Part shown: positions 24,781-27,612 of the stretch, in pieces
Numbering within the stretch: position 1 is the first letter of the stretch
Layout: the number at the start of each line of letters is the position of its first letter
Assembly (NCBI GenBank): GCA_044870015.1
Contig: JBIOYE010000160.1
Span: forward strand, 1-27,612
Length of the DNA stretch: 27,612 nt
Direction: 5' to 3'
Source of the DNA: Candidatus Zixiibacteriota bacterium
Lineage (GTDB): Bacteria > Zixibacteria > MSB-5A5 > DSPP01 > RBG-1
Position numbers and translations under genes: made by a program
The notes under the pieces: model-generated
The model's database searches: none
Told to the model about the DNA's origin: nothing
The model's input: the letters and a program-made list of their open reading frames with translations, nothing else

Positions 24781-26343
24781 TTACTTGGCATAATCCACCG
24801 CTCTAGTCTCTCGGATAACAGTCACCTTAATCTGCCCCGGATATTCCACCTCGGCCTGAATCTTTTGAGCAACCTGACCGGCCAAATCCTTGGCTTGCTC
24901 ATCATTTATTTCCGAATGCTCCACAATCACCCTGATTTCCCTGCCGGCCTGGATAGCATAAGACTTAGAGACCCCTTTGAAAGAATAGGCAATCTCTTCT
25001 AATTTCTCTAATCTCTTAATATAATTTTCCAATGACTCTCTTCTGGCACCCGGACGGGAACCGGAGATAGCGTCGGCCGCCTGAATCAGTATAGGATAAG
25101 GTGATTCAAAAGGCACATCCCCATGGTGGGAAGCGATGGCATTTACCACCAGCTGTTCTTCTCCATATTTTCCGGCTACTTCAGCTCCTAATTGGATATG
25201 AGTTCCTTCGGTATTGCGGTCTAAAGCTTTTCCGACATCATGCAAAAGTGCCGACCTCTTGGCAATATTAGGGTCTAAGCCTAACTCGGCTGCTAAAAGT
25301 CCGGCTAAAATTGCCACCTCTTTGGTATGCTGCAGAACATTCTGACCGTAGCTGGTGCGGTAATTTAGTTTACCTAAAAGCTTTATTAACTCCGGATGCA
25401 TGTTATGAATTCCTACTTCAAAACAGGCCTGCTCTCCGGATTCTCTGATTATGTTCTCCATCTCCTTTTCAGTTTTGGCTACCACCTCTTCGATTCGGGC
25501 CGGATGAATCCTGCCATCCAGAATAAGTTTTTCCATAGCCATCCTGGCAATTTCCCGGCGAATTGGGTCAAATCCGGATAAAATCACGGCCTCCGGGGTA
25601 TCGTCCACTATTACATCCACTCCGGTGGCGGTCTCAAAAGAGCGGATATTTCTTCCTTCTCGGCCGATAATTCTACCCTTCATCTCATCATTGGGTAGGG
25701 TGACTACGGAAACTGTGGTTTCAACCGTATGCTCTGCCGCACAGCGTTGAATAGCCGAGATGATAATATTCTTGGCTTCCCGGTCCGCATTCTGCTCGGC
25801 CTGCTCTTTGATCTCTTTTATTAGCTGAGCCGCCTCCTGCCGGGCCTGGGATTCTAAATTTTCAATCAGCTGTCTTTTGGCTTCCTCCTGGGTCATCTGG
25901 GCGATTTTCTCTAACATCAGATTCTGGTCCGCAATCAATCTTTCCAGATCATCCTCTCTGGTTTTAACCGCCTTCTCTTTGGCCTGAAGCACTTTCTCCC
26001 GGTTGAGAATTTCCCGGTCCTTTTTGTTAAGAATATCTACTTTGCGATCTAAGTTCAGCTCCTTTTCCTGTAATCTCTTTTCGATTTTCTGCATCTCCAT
26101 CTTCTTATTCTGCATCTCCCGCTCGAAATTCAGCTTGGCTTTGTACCATTCATCTTTGGCTTCCAAAATGGCTTCTTTTTTCTTTATCTCCGCCTCTTTT
26201 TCCGCTTCCTGGATGATTTTTTTGCCCCATTGTTCTATTTTGGCTAAGCGGGTCTCTCCTACCCGGCGGCTGATGACCCAGCCCAAACCGAACGCCACCA
26301 AACCTATTCCAACCGCTATTCCAACCCAAATCATGTTTGTCAT
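24781..26343 (-). CDS. rny: Ribonuclease Y
   Basis: N-terminal TM anchor, coiled coil, KH motif [15 protein letters not shown] domain [28 protein letters not shown]. Confidence 0.98.
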   Translation of the reverse strand: MTNMIWVGIAVGIGLVAFGLGWVISRRVGETRLAKIEQWGKKIIQEAEKEAEIKKKEAILEAKDEWYKAKLNFEREMQNKKMEMQKIEKRLQEKELNLDRKVDILNKKDREILNREKVLQAKEKAVKTREDDLERLIADQNLMLEKIAQMTQEEAKRQLIENLESQARQEAAQLIKEIKEQAEQNADREAKNIIISAIQRCAAEHTVETTVSVVTLPNDEMKGRIIGREGRNIRSFETATGVDVIVDDTPEAVILSGFDPIRREIARMAMEKLILDGRIHPARIEEVVAKTEKEMENIIRESGEQACFEVGIHNMHPELIKLLGKLNYRTSYGQNVLQHTKEVAILAGLLAAELGLDPNIAKRSALLHDVGKALDRNTEGTHIQLGAEVAGKYGEEQLVVNAIASHHGDVPFESPYPILIQAADAISGSRPGARRESLENYIKRLEKLEEIAYSFKGVSKSYAIQAGREIRVIVEHSEINDEQAKDLAGQVAQKIQAEVEYPGQIKVTVIRETRAVDYAK

Positions 26344-26357
26344 TTTCTCCTCCTTCT

Positions 26358-26390
26358 TTCGACCATGCTCAAGACGGTGAGCTTGTCGAA
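26358..26390. repeat. TTCGACAAGCTCA-type palindrome just upstream of the rny SD
   Basis: TTCGAC...GCTCA-AGACGG-TGAGC...GTCGAA hairpin. Confidence 0.55.
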
Positions 26391-26412
26391 CCGTAATCTA
26401 AGTTACACCAAT

Positions 26413-26480
26413 AAAAAACCCACTTGAATTAGTCTCCCTCCGCTATTGCGGGGAGGAAAAACCCAACTAATTTAAGTGGG
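26413..26480 (-). terminator. Long terminator-like hairpin between zapA and rny
   Basis: CCCACTT/AAGTGGG, A-C mismatch, AATTAGT/ACTAATT, asymmetric internal loop, GC-rich apical stem with AATA loop, ending in a U6 tract. Confidence 0.65.
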
Positions 26481-26512
26481 CAGAATAGGGCTATTAACCC
26501 TTTAATCTATTT

Positions 26513-26815
26513 TTATAACTCTACTTCTTCTAATTTATGATCTAACCATTCCAATAAATGAGAAGCCTTTTTCTCCACCTCCGAAAGTTGCTTTTCCTTT
26601 TCATCTCTTTCCTTGTACAGCTCATCGGCGATGTTCAAAGCGGCCAAAACCGCCACTCTGGTTGGTGAATATTGGGGCAATTTTTCGGCTACTTCTTTCA
26701 TCTTTTTATCGACATATAGGGCAACTTTTTCTACGTAAGTGATATCGGCTTCACTTTTTATAGGATAATCCTCACCATATATATGGACTTTTATGGTAGC
26801 TTTATTTAAAGACAT
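26513..26815 (-). CDS. zapA: Cell division protein ZapA
   Basis: VHIYGEDYPI, VALYVDKKM, RVAVLAALNIADEL. Confidence 0.92.
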   Translation of the reverse strand: MSLNKATIKVHIYGEDYPIKSEADITYVEKVALYVDKKMKEVAEKLPQYSPTRVAVLAALNIADELYKERDEKEKQLSEVEKKASHLLEWLDHKLEEVEL

Positions 26816-26951
26816 ATTGATTTTTTGGAATAGTTAGCTGTTTATTCTAACCCACTTAGGGGTTTTTATTATGACCTTATTTGTTTGTCTTTTGTTTGTG
26901 TTTTCTGTTTAAAGTTTATGGTTAAAAAACAGTTGATTTTACCTCTATTTC

Positions 26952-26980
26952 AAATTACCATCCTCAAACTTACTTGTCAA
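26952..26980 (-). promoter_or_regulatory. Extended -10 sigma70 promoter of zapA(-rny), giving a leader of about 130 nt
   Basis: TTGACA (26980-26975), 17 nt ending TGG, TAATTT (26957-26952). Confidence 0.7.
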
Positions 26981-26993
26981 GTATTATTACGTT

Positions 26994-27272
26994 TTATTTT
27001 TCCAAAACTTCAAGCTTGGAAAGCAAGCTTTCGATCCTCCTTTTGATTTGTCCCTTCTGGTTCTTATGCTGATTTTCAGCCCTGAGCTTAGCGATTTTTA
27101 ATTTTTCTACTTCCTGGGCTAAATTTTGTCTATCTTTCTGATACTCGGAAACTTTGCCAAAAACTTCAGCCTGCCCCTGGGAGATTTGTCTATTTTTGGA
27201 GTTGAGTTTATCTAAAGTGGCTACTAATTTATTCAATCTGTCTTCCAATTTATCAAAAGTCCTCAGATTCAT
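26994..27272 (-). CDS. zapB: ZapB-like coiled-coil cell division protein
   Basis: 92-aa heptad coiled coil (FDKLEDRLNKLV...IKRRIESLLSKLE), SD AAGGAG, position between pheT and zapA. Confidence 0.7.
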   Translation of the reverse strand: MNLRTFDKLEDRLNKLVATLDKLNSKNRQISQGQAEVFGKVSEYQKDRQNLAQEVEKLKIAKLRAENQHKNQKGQIKRRIESLLSKLEVLEK

Positions 27273-27429
27273 TTTGAACTCCTTTACTTATGGTGAGCTT
27301 GTCCCTATAAATGTAAGGGAGGTCAATAAGTCAACGTAGTTGACTATCCCGAGGGACAAAGTTGACCTATCGAACTATTTTAAAGTTTAAACCCTGATTT
27401 TAATTTGACTTAACCTTTTTCACTTACTT

Positions 27430-27612
27430 TCAACTTCTGATTTCTGCTCTAAAGTATTGCTTTAAGTCGTTGATAATTCTTCTATGAATTTCATCTACTT
27501 CCGCATCAGTCAGGGTCTTAGAACTGGAGCGGTAGCAGATGGCATAAGCCAGGCTCTTTTTACCTTCTGGAACCGGGTCTCCGCGGTAAATGTCGAACAG
27601 TTCCACTTCCTC
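27430..27612 (-). CDS. pheT: Phenylalanyl-tRNA synthetase beta subunit, 3' end (anticodon-binding domain)
   Basis: Manual translation EEVELFDIYRGDPVPEGKKSLAYAICYRSSSKTLTDAEVDEIHRRIINDLKQYFRAEIRS*. Partial, runs in from the window edge. Confidence 0.93.
   Translation of the reverse strand, partial: EEVELFDIYRGDPVPEGKKSLAYAICYRSSSKTLTDAEVDEIHRRIINDLKQYFRAEIRS

Noticed and set aside
26344-26512. 6S RNA, which often lies downstream of zapA
   Set aside because: The main hairpin spans only about 65 nt, has no large two-sided central bubble and ends in a U-tract like a terminator. I could not fold a 6S-sized rod. An Rfam 6S covariance search would settle it.
183-27339. Many plus-strand ORFs in the track (e.g. 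183-440, 1259-1510, 1732-2217, 5898-6335, 9673-10119, 22951-23394, 26003-26380)
   Set aside because: They are antisense shadows of well-supported minus-strand genes or REP arrays, with no SD and no recognisable motifs.
24781-27612. pheT-zapB-zapA-rny-ymdB gene order as a novel system
   Set aside because: This is a known conserved neighbourhood. Only the non-coding switch within it is unusual.

Overview
Bacterial window, most likely from an FCB-group lineage. The C-terminal tandem dockerin-like motif of the first gene resembles candidate phylum Zixibacteria (inference). Nearly all genes are on the minus strand. The right 22 kb is housekeeping: pheT (3' end), zapB, zapA, rny, ymdB, folD, xseA, xseB, ispA, nadK, recN, pgsA-like, a hypothetical secreted protein, lapA, lapB, a TPR-SPOR protein, mutS, mutL, miaA, a LysM lytic transglycosylase, sppA and HU/IHF. 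The left 5.6 kb is more accessory. It holds an FG-GAP beta-propeller/dockerin secreted protein, a RAYT transposase nested in GTAG-type REP hairpins, an SDR, a small CxxC zinc-ribbon protein, tRNA-Arg(CCG) flanked by a second REP set, a cold-shock gene, a 31-aa basic bS22/mS38-like peptide and a YfcE-like phosphoesterase. The FG-GAP gene, both small proteins, the pheT end and the folD N-terminus are missing from the ORF track. The most interesting signals are non-coding. (1) The same three-part antiterminator/terminator arrangement (A TAAGTGRGTT, B CCACTT, C CAAGTGG(G)TTTTTT) occurs in the csp leader and upstream of rny, where the A:B helix brackets the whole zapA ORF. (2) folD appears to start at ATC behind a strong SD. 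(3) A duplicated promoter brackets the SDR-RAYT block. (4) Two REP sets share geometry but not stem sequence. All structures were read by eye and none was computed.
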